DNA of 64,000 nucleotides, from the NCBI GenBank assembly GCA_010015585.1, contig ML975163.1. One strand, given 5' to 3'. The notes below the pieces were generated by a model that saw only the letters and a list, made by a program, of their open reading frames with translations, was not told the DNA's origin and made no database searches. The DNA comes from Eremomyces bilateralis CBS 781.70 (lineage: Eukaryota). Position numbers and translations under genes: made by a program. Positions 25,901 through 37,995 of the stretch are shown piece after piece. The first letter of the stretch is position 1. Each line of letters opens with the position of its first letter.

Positions 25901-26764
25901 GGCCAACACTGAATATCAGTGGCACCCAATCGGATGAAATGCAAGAGGCGTATATCATATCTGAAGTTTCTTTGCTTTTGCTATCAACTCTCAGTCCTTA
26001 AAATAGTTGTGCATTCCTCCGGTTTCTTTAGCAAACCCATATTTCGGGATGTCTTGTTGGTTTCAGCCGAGTCTCGAATCTACAAATGGGATGTTATGTT
26101 AACCCTCCATGACAACTCCAGAAGCCTAGTATGATCAGATGGCTTCTACTTTGCCCTCTGTGGCGCATCACCTATTCATATATATCTCCCCACCGGTTCA
26201 CGTTCATAAGGCCACAGCCTTATCCTTCCGTTGCCTTTTTGCTGGCCCTAATTTGCGGCGGGGTGCTACCCGATTGGATATTCAACATGCTCCTCGAGAT
26301 GATGGGACTACACCGCTGCATTGGTTGCCGCTATGGTGCCGAAAAACATTTGCGGACGTCCGCGAATGGGCCCGTTCCGTCCCATGCGGCCTCAGTCGAC
26401 GTCCTAGTATTCTAATGCCGACGCGTAAGTCCCTAGGAATTTGATTACTTGCGTGCTCAGAGGAAGAACCGACGGCTCCCACCCTCTAAAGAGGGATCCA
26501 GCAGAGTCCAATTGGATGGTTAAGTAGCAGGATGAATCTTGCTTTTGTCCCCCTGTCTAGAGCCGCCAAACACTATACTATTTCTAAGCCATTGCGTTGG
26601 CTATAGTAACTATGTCCTCGGAATTAGTCCCTATTCTACCTAAACAATGGAGAAGGGCGGGGTGGTTATGCTGAGGATAATTATTACGACCTGCAATCGA
26701 TCTCCAGCTCCTATTCTCAGTCGAATCTGACCGAGCGAGACTAGAGGCTTTCGCGGAGGGGTCG

Positions 26765-28320
26765 ATGCACCTCCACAACGGAATGAGCCCTAGAGCAACC
26801 GTCGAGAGATCTCATGCCAGGATGTCGTCGTACGTCGGACCAGTCGAATGCCCCGTCGGTCCTAAGCCTAAAGGAGGGTTTGGAAAAGCCATAGGAGAGC
26901 TGGTGATGTCCAAAAACCAATATCAATACTCCGACATCCAGGAGATGTAAATCCGACTGTTGGCTTTGGACAAGTCAGCAGACAAGATGTCACGGATAGA
27001 GTGCTCGCTGCAGGTCGTTAATCGTGCCGAACTCGACCAATACGAATACAAAGCTTTGTCTTGTGCTTGGGGTGATGATGACCCATTCGGACAAAACAAA
27101 TGTCGAGTATCCGCCGCGGGGAAATCTATGAAACCTCCAGTCGCAGATTATGAGAAGGATGTCTCAGATGTCTACATCGAGTTTGTCAAGCACTGTGTCG
27201 ACAAGACAGGGAGGTTGGACACCATCTGCCGCCATTGGCCCCTTCCGATTAAGAAGCCTCGGTCCCGAGGGGTGTCCAAGAAGGGACATAGAGTCAGAGA
27301 ACCAGTTGCAGTATACGAGCCGATGCCATCGTGGATCGGAATGCTTAAAGATTCGGCATATGGGTCCCCTGGGAAATATACCGGCAGACGCAATGGTGAT
27401 AGCCTCGTCGGACGACCATTCAAGCGCGTGTACACTGCTAGCAAAGGACATGATGCTGACTGCTTCTTTGAAGAGACGCAAATGCTGGAAGACCAATTGA
27501 CTGTGCAATTGAATGGGACTGAAACCAACAGAACAACTTCAAAGTCACCGCAGGATACTGGAGAAGTCAACAGTAATGTGAGCAGATTCCGATGACGATC
27601 AACGCCGCCAATACCACAAGTCAAGTTCCAAGATAGAACAGACACACTCCCTACCATACCGTCCACTCAGAGTGCTTTACTCATTTTCAATGGCATTTTA
27701 GTAGCTTGGGGAATAGAGCTCGGGCGGATCATCCTTATCTCTCCTCGCGTTTCGGATGGCACCATTCAGCGAGAATGCCTTCATCTTGCCGGGCTCGAAA
27801 GCGACGAAGATAACATGGGCCATGAGACGTTCTACGAGGGTCCTGTTCCCGTCCCCGAACGACTATGGAGGACTTTAGTGGCCGATCGAGACCCCAACGG
27901 GGACAATCCAAGCCGATTGTACCGACGTGTATGCGATGCAGTTCTGCATCAGCGAGGCCTAACGACGATGTCAATACCACAAGTATCATGAGGGCGACAG
28001 AAACCCTGGACATGGTTCTGGAATATCTGAGGCGAGTGGAGTCGGTGATTTGGAACCGCAAGTTCTTCGCTTGCAATACCGAGGACAACGACGACCGCAA
28101 CCATCTGTACGGGTTCGGATCGGAGAAGATGGAGATAGGAGACAGAGTCTGCATTCTTTTCGGCTGCTCGGTACCGGTCGTTGTGAGGGATTCGAAAGAT
28201 CGGGAATTCTTCACGCCTGTCGGCGAAGGCTACGTCCATGGGAAGATGGATGGCGAAGCGCTGGCCTCGATGGATGACAACGAGCTAAACAAGAGAGAAA
28301 AGTCTTTGAGGATTCAATGA
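26765..28320 (+). pseudogene. HET-6-like heterokaryon incompatibility pseudogene
   Basis: YQYSD..*IRLLAL, YKALSCAWG, ADYEKDVSDVY, MPSWI, LWRTLVADR, GDRVCILFGCSVPVVVR, VGEGYVHGKMDGE; in-frame stops at 26948 (TAA) and 27593 (TGA), frameshift near 27957, HET core motifs absent. Confidence 0.85.
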
Positions 28321-29380
28321 AAATGTGCGTCAGGTGAATCGGGCATCCACGTTGTCATATCTGATCAGAGGCTATAGCTTAAGAATGCGAGCCTTGTTGC
28401 CGAACTGTCGGGCCAAACTATGTCACGCCTATCTGTATTCTAAATATAGGGTTGCTTGTTATCAAAGAGTTGAACTCGTTTGAACATGTATGATACGAAC
28501 TATTACCATTTTACTAGATGATATACATTTGTAGATGATTTATAAATACGAAAAGAATACGATACGGTCCCTATTGGGAGTTTGGTGCGATACAACCCAT
28601 CCATCAGCAGTTGGCAGATATAAGAGATAAATTCGTTTGATTAAAATGCATCCCGAGTGAAATAAATTGGATGACTGGAAAGGGGATCGGTAGGCCGTAG
28701 GCGTCGAATACCTTAGATTATTACCTAGGTTCGCTTATATCCTTTCTAAAGATATAGAAATACTCTTCTATTCCCTTTAGTTGAATAAGTCGATACAATT
28801 ACCTTATTCCGTCGTCTAGAGGACATCAAAGGTAGAGGATTATCAAGTTCTTCCCCCCAAGATGGCGTCTAAGTTCAAGAAGCATGAATGAAATAGCTTG
28901 ATATGAAAAACAGTCTAGATCAACAATGGAGATCTGCTCACCTATCAAGTTGGTCCTTTGCCAGTCAAGCACAGCATTATCCTACTCATTTCTACGGTCA
29001 CCAGTGCACATATTGCCAAAACGGGCGTTGAATAAACCAGCCATCCCTCAATGGAAGGCCGAGCCTTCATATTCCATATCATGCCATACCGTACATATGT
29101 AGACAGCGCAGCGAACCCACTCGAAGAAAAAAATGGAGTGAAACCCATCATTCAATCGCTCGAAGGCAAAAGCTAAAAGCACTCATTGCTAGACGCCGCT
29201 CATAAGCGGAAGTTTTCGAAAGGGAACATACGCCTCGTTGGAATTCATTAACCATCCGTACCTCCGTCCATGGAGGCAGCCATTGGTCATGTCTCCAGCC
29301 ATGAGGCTGCATTATCACCTCGTTCAACCCATCCCCGTAAAACGCCGTCGGCTTTCCTGCCATCGTTGCGAAAATGCAGA

Positions 29381-31416
29381 TTATGAGGTAGTGCCAGCAT
29401 CAGCACCGCCGCGACCCCCCGGCGCACTCATGCCTCTTCCTCTTCCAAATCCTCGCCCACGTCCCCGGCCGCGACCACGACCTCGGAACCCTCCGCGCGA
29501 ATCAACGCTGCCCTGTCCAAACGTCTCCATATTCCGTCGGCGTTCTTCAGTCCGCATATCTCGGACGTCTTTCCTCTCCTCGCGGTCTCGCCGGTCCGAA
29601 CTCAAGTTGTCGAAGAAGCTTGAGCCCTTGTCATAAGCAGGCGCCGGGGGAGGAATCGTAACGTCATCAGACTTCGTTTCGCCCTCTGTTCCGTTCGTCG
29701 ACTTCGACTCGCCGTTCTCAATGGTAGAGTTCGCATTAATAGGACTCTCACCAAGGGGTGACCCTGTAGCAATGGCCTCTTTGGCCAAGTCGAGCTTGCT
29801 GAATTTCTTGTTTGCGCTTTCAAAATCAAAGTCGGGAGTGGTCTCAATCTTTGGACCTGGTACATGATGGCCGCTCGGACCACTGCCGCGTCGAGCACCG
29901 CGTCCACGGGCCGGGAATGTTGATGGTCCAGTAGAACCTGTGACTTGTGATCTTGGATCGCCAGCGGCTTGAGCAAGGATTTTTTGACCCGGCGCAGCGG
30001 GAAGCTTGGCCATGGCGGCGGCAACGGCCGCTGTAGCTGCAGCGGTTGCGTTCTGGTATTGTTGCGTCGCTGTAGCAACTGCTTGGCTAGGTTGGGTGGC
30101 GGGTTTCGTAGACTGTGTGACAGCAGCCGGAGGTTTGGCGACCGCACTAGGTATTGGGACCGCGGGAACTATGCGGTTACCTTTCGGCCCCGTGGGGATT
30201 GTCTTTGTCGGGGCGGATGGTTGAGCAGGAGCTTGAGCCGTAGGTGCCTGAGAGGGAGCCAGTGCAGATGTAACATCAGGCTTTGACTCAATAGGCGGCG
30301 CAGGTGCTTTGTTCGGCGGCGCTTGTGAAGGAGTAGGCTGGGTAGGAGTACCTCGTCCCTGCGGTTTTCTAGTTGCAGCAGGCCTTGGTTCTGATGGCTT
30401 CGATGGGGCATTCAATTCGGCCGGCTTTGTTTGTGCCTGCGTTGCCGGGCCCGCAGTAGCTTGCCTAGACGACGGTCCTTGATCTGGTTTCTGGCCCTGC
30501 AAATCTTGCTGAGCCTGCTGCTGTTGAGCTGGAGCCCCGGGAGGTAGTTGCGAGGGCTGGTTCGGGAAAGGTCCCGGTGGAAAACCTTGTCCTGGAGGGG
30601 GATACCAACCAGGAGGTGGAACTCCAGGCGGGGGGGCTCCATACGGCATGCCTGGATATCCAGGGAAGCCACCAGGACCACCAGGACCGCCCTGGAACCC
30701 ATCAAAGGGGGAGCGATTGCCGGGAAACGGAGGATATCCATAAGGATTCGGAAATGGAGGCGGAGAGTTGAAATTGTTAGGCGGGGCTTGTTGGTTCGAT
30801 GGCGGCCCAGGTTGCTGTCCCTGGAGTTGTGATGGACGGGCGGACTTGACAAGTCAGTACAATTCATCCTTGATAGTGGATTACAGGAAAGACAAGGTAT
30901 GTTGCTGTTTCAGAAGGAAGGCAACGGTTCTTTCAACATGTGTGATTCAGTCGAAATAAAAATCCGTATTTTCATCATAGTGCATTGAAGGTGCTTGGGA
31001 GACGGGCTGACTTACTCCGAGGATAGCAGGGTCGTTGGGCACCTGGGGTGGCGGCGGCTGAGGTTCTTTAGGCGCGTCTTCAATTGACAACTCCTTCACA
31101 TCACTGCCGCGGAATACGATGTACTCGTATATGGCCTCCATTGGAGGCACCTCGTCGACTCCATTCCGCCGCCCTTCGGTGCCAAATGATCTGACATTCT
31201 CTAGGGCGACGGTATGTTTGTCTGAGTTGATCTCATGAAGCGTCCCTCGATAGCTAGGTCGAACCGTGAGCTAGGTACACTCATATCCGGTAGCATACTG
31301 ACCGTATATCGCTCTTCGATATCAGCGAGATCACCGATCTGTGCAATTGAACCGTTAGCGTTTGTATTGAGCTTTTCAGCTGTCGCGAGGTCCACATACC
31401 CGATGAATTCTGACAT
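29381..31416 (-). CDS. SCD6: Scd6/LSM14 (Sum2/RAP55) P-body translational repressor, 4 exons
   Basis: MSEFIG/SVISLISKSDIR/YRGTLHEIN...VRSFGTEGR...YIVFRGSDVK Lsm domain; DFDF, FFD and TFG boxes; RGG tail; third intron 31015-30845 keeps the frame. Confidence 0.95.
30905..30984 (-). ncRNA. Intronic box C/D snoRNA, snR52-like (predicted guide for 18S Am420, yeast numbering)
   Basis: Box C ATGATGA 30978-30972, D' CTGA 30950-30947, C' ATGTTGA 30939-30933, D CTGA 30913-30910; guide GTTGCCTTCCTT pairs with conserved 18S AAGGAAGGCAGC; sense orientation in SCD6 intron 3. Confidence 0.85.
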
Positions 31417-31662
31417 CTTGGCACCTTGGGTAGGTGCAGGATGTGAATGTTTTGATGAGAGGAGTATGGAAGAAAAAGGGATGAGGTGTCGGAAGAAGGA
31501 TTGAGATGTGAGAGAACAGTAAAGAGAGAGGAGGAAGGGTGGATGTTTGTGGGAGGGAGATGGGAGATGGGAGATGTGGTTTGGAGGAATTAAGAGGATG
31601 AAGAGACTTTGCAGCTGCGCACAAGAAGAAATGATTCGGCGAAGTTGGAACGAAGCTTCCAG

Positions 31663-31693
31663 ATCACGTGAGCATTCCATCCTGCACGTGCAG
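31663..31693. promoter_or_regulatory. Paired CACGTG E-boxes in the divergent SCD6/PEX39-like promoter
   Basis: ATCACGTGA 31663-31671 (Cbf1-type RTCACGTG) and palindrome CTGCACGTGCAG 31682-31693. Confidence 0.5.
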
Positions 31694-31854
31694 CTCCCTG
31701 CCTCCCATCCCTTCCAATTCTCCAACACACGGCCACAAAGGTGGTTGAATCTTGATACGTGTACAGAATAGGATGCGAGTACTTAGCATTGGGGGTGAAC
31801 CTGTATCCCTCTTTTGAGCTTATCCACCTTGGCATTTCTTGATTTATGTGAATC

Positions 31855-32437
31855 ATGACGACCGAATCCTCAAGTGCAAATAGTCCTTCAGAAGTCAAGT
31901 TGTATGAAACCATCGAGAACTACGATTGGGGTTCGGATCCGGAATTCAGTGGTGGTTTGCAATCCATACTTCAATCAGCCCAGTCTCCAGACCATGCCAC
32001 GGATCTTGAATCGCGGGCTAAGTGTTTCTATCTCTCAAGGTGCTTAAACCGTGTCCATACGCCAAGACGGTTGCTGAGTCGGATATAGGAAGCATGGCGT
32101 CAGGATAGACGTCAATGGATACAAAGCTTGGAAGAAGCAACAGAAAGGAACTACAGCACAAGAGAATGGGATTGAATTAGGGAATGGTACGGAATCGGCC
32201 AAGGAATCTTCTGCACCTCCCGCGGAGACGCAGAACAATGACTCTGGGGCACAAGACGACTCTACTCCTGCTGGAGATGCCCCATATCCAACCTCATTCT
32301 CCGACATCGTGGAGTTGATCACGTCGGGGAAGCCAATACCGGGTATCAAGGATATTCCGGATACAATTCTCGAAGGCCAGGGCACGCAACCGTCGGCAAA
32401 CAGACGAAAGAAGCCATGGGAAAAGGATGTATCCTAG
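31855..32437 (+). CDS. PEX39: PEX39-like (YJR012C/C6orf226/DUF5572-type) protein with C-terminal KPWE motif, 2 exons
   Basis: YDWGSDPEFSGGL...RAKCFYLSR, intron 32040-32088, IDVNGYKAW...PYPTSFSDIVELITSGKPIPGIKDIPD...RRKKPWEKDVS*. Confidence 0.75.
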
Positions 32438-33443
32438 TTGGCACACCATTGGGAGCTGCGCTCTCACGTAGTTTACAACTACCCGGGATAAAGTGCCTAC
32501 AAAGTGTGTCTGCTGATGGATCGGGAGAGAGATGGTGTGTTCCTGCCTGCATCGGTCCGTAGGTTTTCCCTGTCGGACAGCTCTTGCAGTGAAGGACCTA
32601 TCGCCATCCTCGGAGGGTTTCCCCTTGAGATATTCGTAATTCGCGGCCTTCAAGCGCTCTTTGCGTCTATGCAGGGCTTTTCGAATCGACAAAGTCGCCC
32701 TCGCAAGCCATTCGCCTCTTAGCGTATTAATGAGATACTCACATGGAGATGTGCCACGGTGCATTACTTCGAATGGCGACGAGTTCTAAGAATGATATAT
32801 TGTCACCCAATTCTCTTTGGATGTCTCGTGCTCTCGTCCAAACGTGTCCGTATTTGGCCCACTATGTCAGATTGGACGAGGCCCAAGGCACTTCAAGTTA
32901 CAATAGGCACGGTCGTTGGGCAAGGATTTAAAGAATCTTCAGTCGAGTATCATATTGGGTACTATTAACATTCTTAGATCCGATGGAGATCGACAGACCA
33001 TATCAGATACTCCGTGCAATGATGGAGATCGGATGCATCTGGCGATGGCGTGTAGCTGAGTGAGTTGACAGGGATCCGAATTTTATTTCCTTTTTCGCTG
33101 ACCGACCCGGAACTTCACGATCTAATTTTTGGACTGCTAACTGGCCAATGTTTTCATGGACCAGTTCTACGCACAACCACATCGCAAATGGCCTCAGGCG
33201 TTTCATCGAGAATGGACGATAAGCATTCATACAGGCGGGCTGGGAATCCATAAGAGTCATCAAACATGATTGAGATACTATTACTTACCTCTTCACTCTT
33301 GATCAACCGCCACGGAGGGTCGACATTCGCCACATAGTTTTGTCCCTTGGTTTCTTCGCTTTTGATATATCTGTTCGACGAATCCATTCATTCCTCCTGA
33401 TTTTCATATTGTTCCTTACCGTCTATCGTTTGATAGTGCGAAG

Positions 33444-35855
33444 ATGGCCGACTCCCCCAAACTTCTGTTCATTGACTCGTACGACTCATTCAGTCAGAAC
33501 ATCGTTGCTCTTCTTTCTGACTCGATACAAGCCGACATCGAGATCATTCAAAATGACGACGAGAGGTTTATTACGGAGCACGGAAGCATCAGGCATGACC
33601 ATTTCCGCATATTCCTTCAATCGTTCGACGCAATAGTCGCTGGACCGGGACCAGGAAATCCGACCAAATCGGCCGATGTTGGTCTAATCACCGCACTTTG
33701 GGATCTCCCACATCAGTCGCTACTCCCTGTACTCGGAATTTGTCTTGGGTTTCAATCGCTGGGGTTTCATTTTGGTGCCAACGTGCGCCGGCTTACGCAC
33801 CCTCGCCATGGAATCATCCAGAACGTCGCCCACACCAAAGAGGACATATTCAAGGGCGTCGAGAACGTCCAGGCAACCCAATATCATTCACTACACGTCG
33901 ATCTTGGATGTACCAATTCCACATGGATACCATTGGAGACATGTCCATCCTTACTCCCCCTAGCTTGGATCCTGGACGACGCCGAAAACGGAGCGATTTT
34001 GATGGCCCTGAAACACATGAAGAAGCCATTTTGGGGAGTTCAGTATCATCCCGAGTCGATCTGTACAAACCCAGAAGGTGGCAAGATCATTTCAAACTGG
34101 TGGTGGGAAGCTAAAGCTTGGAACGAGTCGAATAGAAGACGACGGATCGACTCTCCGATGTCGTTTTCACCTCTGGAGCAGCCTGCACCGGACATTCCGG
34201 ATGACCTGGGAGAAGGGAGTTTACTATTACCACTGTCTATTCCGGTCAATGGCAAACCTTCAACCTTCCATATCTCTTCGAGTGCATACTCGAAGAGTCT
34301 CGACCAGTGCGGTTGGACCGTACAAACAGCCTGCCAGGCGCTCGAGGCTTCCGACCGCGAGCTGATAGTGCTCGAATCCTCCAACACAAAGGTTCTGACC
34401 GGTAAATACTCCATCATTGGGCTAATCCTGGATGACACGATCCGCATCCATTACTTTGCAGCCTCCCACATGCTCCAGATTCGAGATGGCCAGGACCACA
34501 CCATCTTCGAATGTGTGGTCGACGATGCTTGGGCGTACTTCCGCGAATTCATGAAAAACATCCAGGTGTCCATTGTAGATGCCGGCGCTGTTCCTTTTAG
34601 TGGGGGGTTGATGGGGTTTATCTCGTATGAGGCGGGGTTAGATACGATTGGGATCACCCCTTCGAGTTCCCCTGATGGTCAGCCGCCCTCGGACATCGCT
34701 TTTGCGTTTGTGACGAGGAGCGTTGTGTTCGATCACACCCAGAAAAGAATTGTCGTGCAGAGCATTGGCGCGGAGGATGAAGACTGGGTGCGCAAGACTT
34801 CTGCTCTGCTCAGCAGTATGGATTCAGACACGGCTTCCCCTTCTTTTATGACCCCAGCCCCGACAGTTTCCGTGCAATACTCCCCCGACCCGAAAGAGTA
34901 TTGCGATAAGGTTAAAAGCTGCCAAGAAGAGATTCGGGCCGGCAATTCATACGAGCTGTGCCTGACAGATCGGCAGATCTTGGAGTTCGATGGCTCTTGT
35001 TCAAATGACAATCTGCCGTGGACTCTTTACAAGCAAGGGGCCTTCCACAACCCAGCGCCGTTCTCAGCATACATTCGTCTCGGACCCCTAGACAGAGGGT
35101 TCAACATCCTCAGTTTCAGCCCGGAGAAGTTCCTGTCTTGGAACAGGGAAGGGACATGCGAGATGCGGCCTATTAAGGGCACATTGAAGAAGACTACAAG
35201 CGACGGGCGAAGGTTGACATGCGCCGATGCCGAGGACTTTTTCCAGTCACCTAAGGAGCGAGCGGAGAATCTAATGATCGTCGATCTTATCCGTCATGAT
35301 CTACACGGCGCTCTCGGCGCTGGCAACGTGGAAGTGACTAAGCTCATGGGTGTTGAAGAGTACGAGACGGTCTACCAGCTCGTGTCAGTCATTGAAGGCA
35401 AATTCAAGCAGCGTACAATGATGGCTGAAGCTGTCTCGAGCTCTCCAACGGACACCCGACCGCTACTGGCCATTCCATCGAGGCGACTCCGCGAAGAAAG
35501 TCTCCAGCCTCGAACCCAACGTGCTGCGTCCGGCGTCGATGTGCTCGCCTGCTCACTCCCCCCCGGGTCCATGACTGGCGCACCCAAGAAGCGCTCCTGT
35601 GAACTTCTGCAGTCAATCGAAGGGAACCAGCCTCGCGGAATCTACTCCGGGGTGCTCGGATACATGGACGTTGGTGGTGGAGGGGCGTTCTCGGTCGTTA
35701 TTCGGAGTGCGTATCGCTGGGATGGTGATGCCGCAAGATGGCACATCGGAGCCGGAGGCGCGGTGACAACATTGAGCGGTCCCGAGGACGAGTACGCGGA
35801 AATGGTCGCGAAGAGGGAAGCAGCGTTGTTGATGTTCAAGGCGATCAAGCGGTGA
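33444..35855 (+). CDS. ABZ1: Aminodeoxychorismate synthase (PabA glutamine amidotransferase-PabB fusion), intronless
   Basis: LFIDSYDSF, GPGPGNP, LGICLGFQ, QYHSL, GVQYHPES; GNSYELCLT, SPEKFL, RPIKGT, KERAENLMIVDLIRHDL, PPGSMTGAPKKRS. Confidence 0.96.
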   Translation: MADSPKLLFIDSYDSFSQNIVALLSDSIQADIEIIQNDDERFITEHGSIRHDHFRIFLQSFDAIVAGPGPGNPTKSADVGLITALWDLPHQSLLPVLGICLGFQSLGFHFGANVRRLTHPRHGIIQNVAHTKEDIFKGVENVQATQYHSLHVDLGCTNSTWIPLETCPSLLPLAWILDDAENGAILMALKHMKKPFWGVQYHPESICTNPEGGKIISNWWWEAKAWNESNRRRRIDSPMSFSPLEQPAPDIPDDLGEGSLLLPLSIPVNGKPSTFHISSSAYSKSLDQCGWTVQTACQALEASDRELIVLESSNTKVLTGKYSIIGLILDDTIRIHYFAASHMLQIRDGQDHTIFECVVDDAWAYFREFMKNIQVSIVDAGAVPFSGGLMGFISYEAGLDTIGITPSSSPDGQPPSDIAFAFVTRSVVFDHTQKRIVVQSIGAEDEDWVRKTSALLSSMDSDTASPSFMTPAPTVSVQYSPDPKEYCDKVKSCQEEIRAGNSYELCLTDRQILEFDGSCSNDNLPWTLYKQGAFHNPAPFSAYIRLGPLDRGFNILSFSPEKFLSWNREGTCEMRPIKGTLKKTTSDGRRLTCADAEDFFQSPKERAENLMIVDLIRHDLHGALGAGNVEVTKLMGVEEYETVYQLVSVIEGKFKQRTMMAEAVSSSPTDTRPLLAIPSRRLREESLQPRTQRAASGVDVLACSLPPGSMTGAPKKRSCELLQSIEGNQPRGIYSGVLGYMDVGGGGAFSVVIRSAYRWDGDAARWHIGAGGAVTTLSGPEDEYAEMVAKREAALLMFKAIKR

Positions 35856-37408
35856 GCTGGAAGTGACTTGAGGATGTTATGATTGGGGCTATGTACGATA
35901 CTGGCATGGAGCAAGGAGTTATGTCTGGCGTGGATATTGGAGTTGGTCCGAAGGTCTCCACACATTCAACAGTTGATATTGGGTGGAAACCATGATAAAA
36001 TACGGCTTCAACGCTACAAGATGTAAATATATATATGCATCAAGGAGATTCCATTCCTCTCATGCCTCTAGTGTGACTGTAATCAAAGAAAACAATCAGA
36101 ATAGCAGCAGACAGTGCGTATCGGGCGGAGGTGTGGAGGCGCAAGTATCAGGAACAGCGGCTCTGTCAACATGCATTTTTTTTGTTGGAATGATGATGGA
36201 CGGAGTGCGTCCAAGACTCCAATTCCTGGAGCATCAGCCAGCTGTACCTGAGATTGTTGAAAGAAATGGTGCCATTAACTGCCCATGGCAAATACGAGAT
36301 GGCGTCCAATATGGAAACTCAGAACAGAGAGCGTATAATAAGAATCACCGCGTTCCTTTTGTACATTCGACGTTGTCGCGTAGGTGGGAAACCATCGCAG
36401 TCATACTATCAGGTATCTCAGCTCATTTTCCCACCGGCCCACCATATCTTCGTGATCTAAGGCCAGAGCAACGAGAAATCCGGACGGAATAATCAATTCT
36501 ATCCTCAAAACTCAAAAGGGGTGTCAGCAAGTTCTATCAATAATCATTTAAGATTAATGCCGCACAACGGAAGAGTTTCGTTTGGACACGATCGTATTCT
36601 GCTACGTCAACCAACCCATCACACCTCAGTCTGTAGGGTGCATCGCCAAGGCGCGCCGCCACGCGCCATGGCGATCCCTTCGTACCCCCTTTTCCTACTT
36701 TTTTCCCATTTCCATGGCGAAGAATGAAGAATTGATGATGACCCGAAGGCCGAAGAGTACCTAGCGTGGGCCATGACCCCTTGCAGAGTGGTAGGCTGGT
36801 AGCCTTGCACAAGTTGCACTTTGCAGACACTGTTGCGCCACAAGCCTTAATTACACTCCGACTTGTGCTCTTCAGGTTAGATCCAACAGTTAGTGGGAAG
36901 AATCAGGGAAAGCGTAGATTTGCTTGGGATTCATGATTCATGATTAACATTACCTGGCTAGGGAGGGTGGCTTCTCACAGTCACATCCTTATCCGCCACG
37001 AAACATGGTCTTCTCTCTTAAAGTCTCAATACGATACGGATTGGGAACCGGCTCAAACCAAAGACACCAGACGGCGTGTGGGCCGTGGTTATGTTTAGCG
37101 TCACATCAATAGCTTGGAGGCTGAAGTGGAGAGGGTGAGTTAGTGACGGCTTGAAGCGTCGATCGTAAGGCGGCATAGAAGTATAAATGTGTTTGTTTAT
37201 CCCTTCGCTTGCTTGTCTGGCAGCATTTGACCATTGGGAATTTTGAACTCCACACTGTTTGTCCGAGTCACTCGTTCACCCTTCCTACGAAGTACTTCTT
37301 TTAATACTTTCGCATTAAAACTTCACTTCCCAGGCTCTACCTACCTTTCTCACTTCCAAGACTATACTTCCCACCCCAAAGTCTATATCTCCCACCCCAT
37401 AAGCCATC

Positions 37409-37995
37409 ATGCAGTTCAAGGCCACTCTCCTCACCACCGCGCTCCTTGCGACCAGCGTCGTGGCCGTCGCAGAGCCCGCGCCCCAAGTCACCGGTTTCAA
37501 TGTCGACCCGGCCTCAGTACGTCCCCAACCCTTCATGCGTCTCCGCGAACCCGCTCACTAACCGCTCTCTAGACCTCCGCCTTCCAATCTGAACTCTCTA
37601 GCTGGATGGAATCCCTCACCGACGATCCCGCGTTCACCTCCTTCGGCAAAGTCATTGCCACCGGCGTCCCCTCCTCGGTCCTCAACAACCTCCTCGCCGA
37701 CCCCAGCGCCGCCGTCGGACAGTTCATGGGTGATACCGCCCCCCCTGCCTGGTACACCGCCTTGCCCTCCTCCGCCCAGAGCTACATCCAGAGCATGGGC
37801 GACGCGCAGATGTCAATCTTCAACAAGTATTCCGGCGGAGCGAGCACGACCTCCAGCGGCGGTTCCAGCAGCGGATCGGGCAGTGCCAGCAGTTCTGGCA
37901 ACGACAAGAACGATGCGGCGAGTCAGGCTATTGGGTTCGCTAAGGTCGCTGCCGCTACGTTGGCTGTCATGGGATTCGGCATTGCGATGCTCTAA
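37409..37995 (+). CDS. Small secreted, probably GPI-anchored cell-surface protein (2 exons)
   Basis: Signal peptide MQFKATLLTTALLATSVVA, intron 37517-37572, PAWYTALPSSAQSY motif, Ser/Gly spacer, NDAA followed by a hydrophobic C-terminal tail. Confidence 0.85.

Noticed and set aside
26139..26444. DDGTTPLHW ankyrin-like motif in a short ORF
   Set aside because: Single isolated motif with no repeat periodicity
32550..33387. Possible decayed minus-strand gene between the PEX39-like gene and ABZ1
   Set aside because: Protein-like fragments and one intron-like signal, but no recognisable family, and the start is only 57 bp from the ABZ1 ATG
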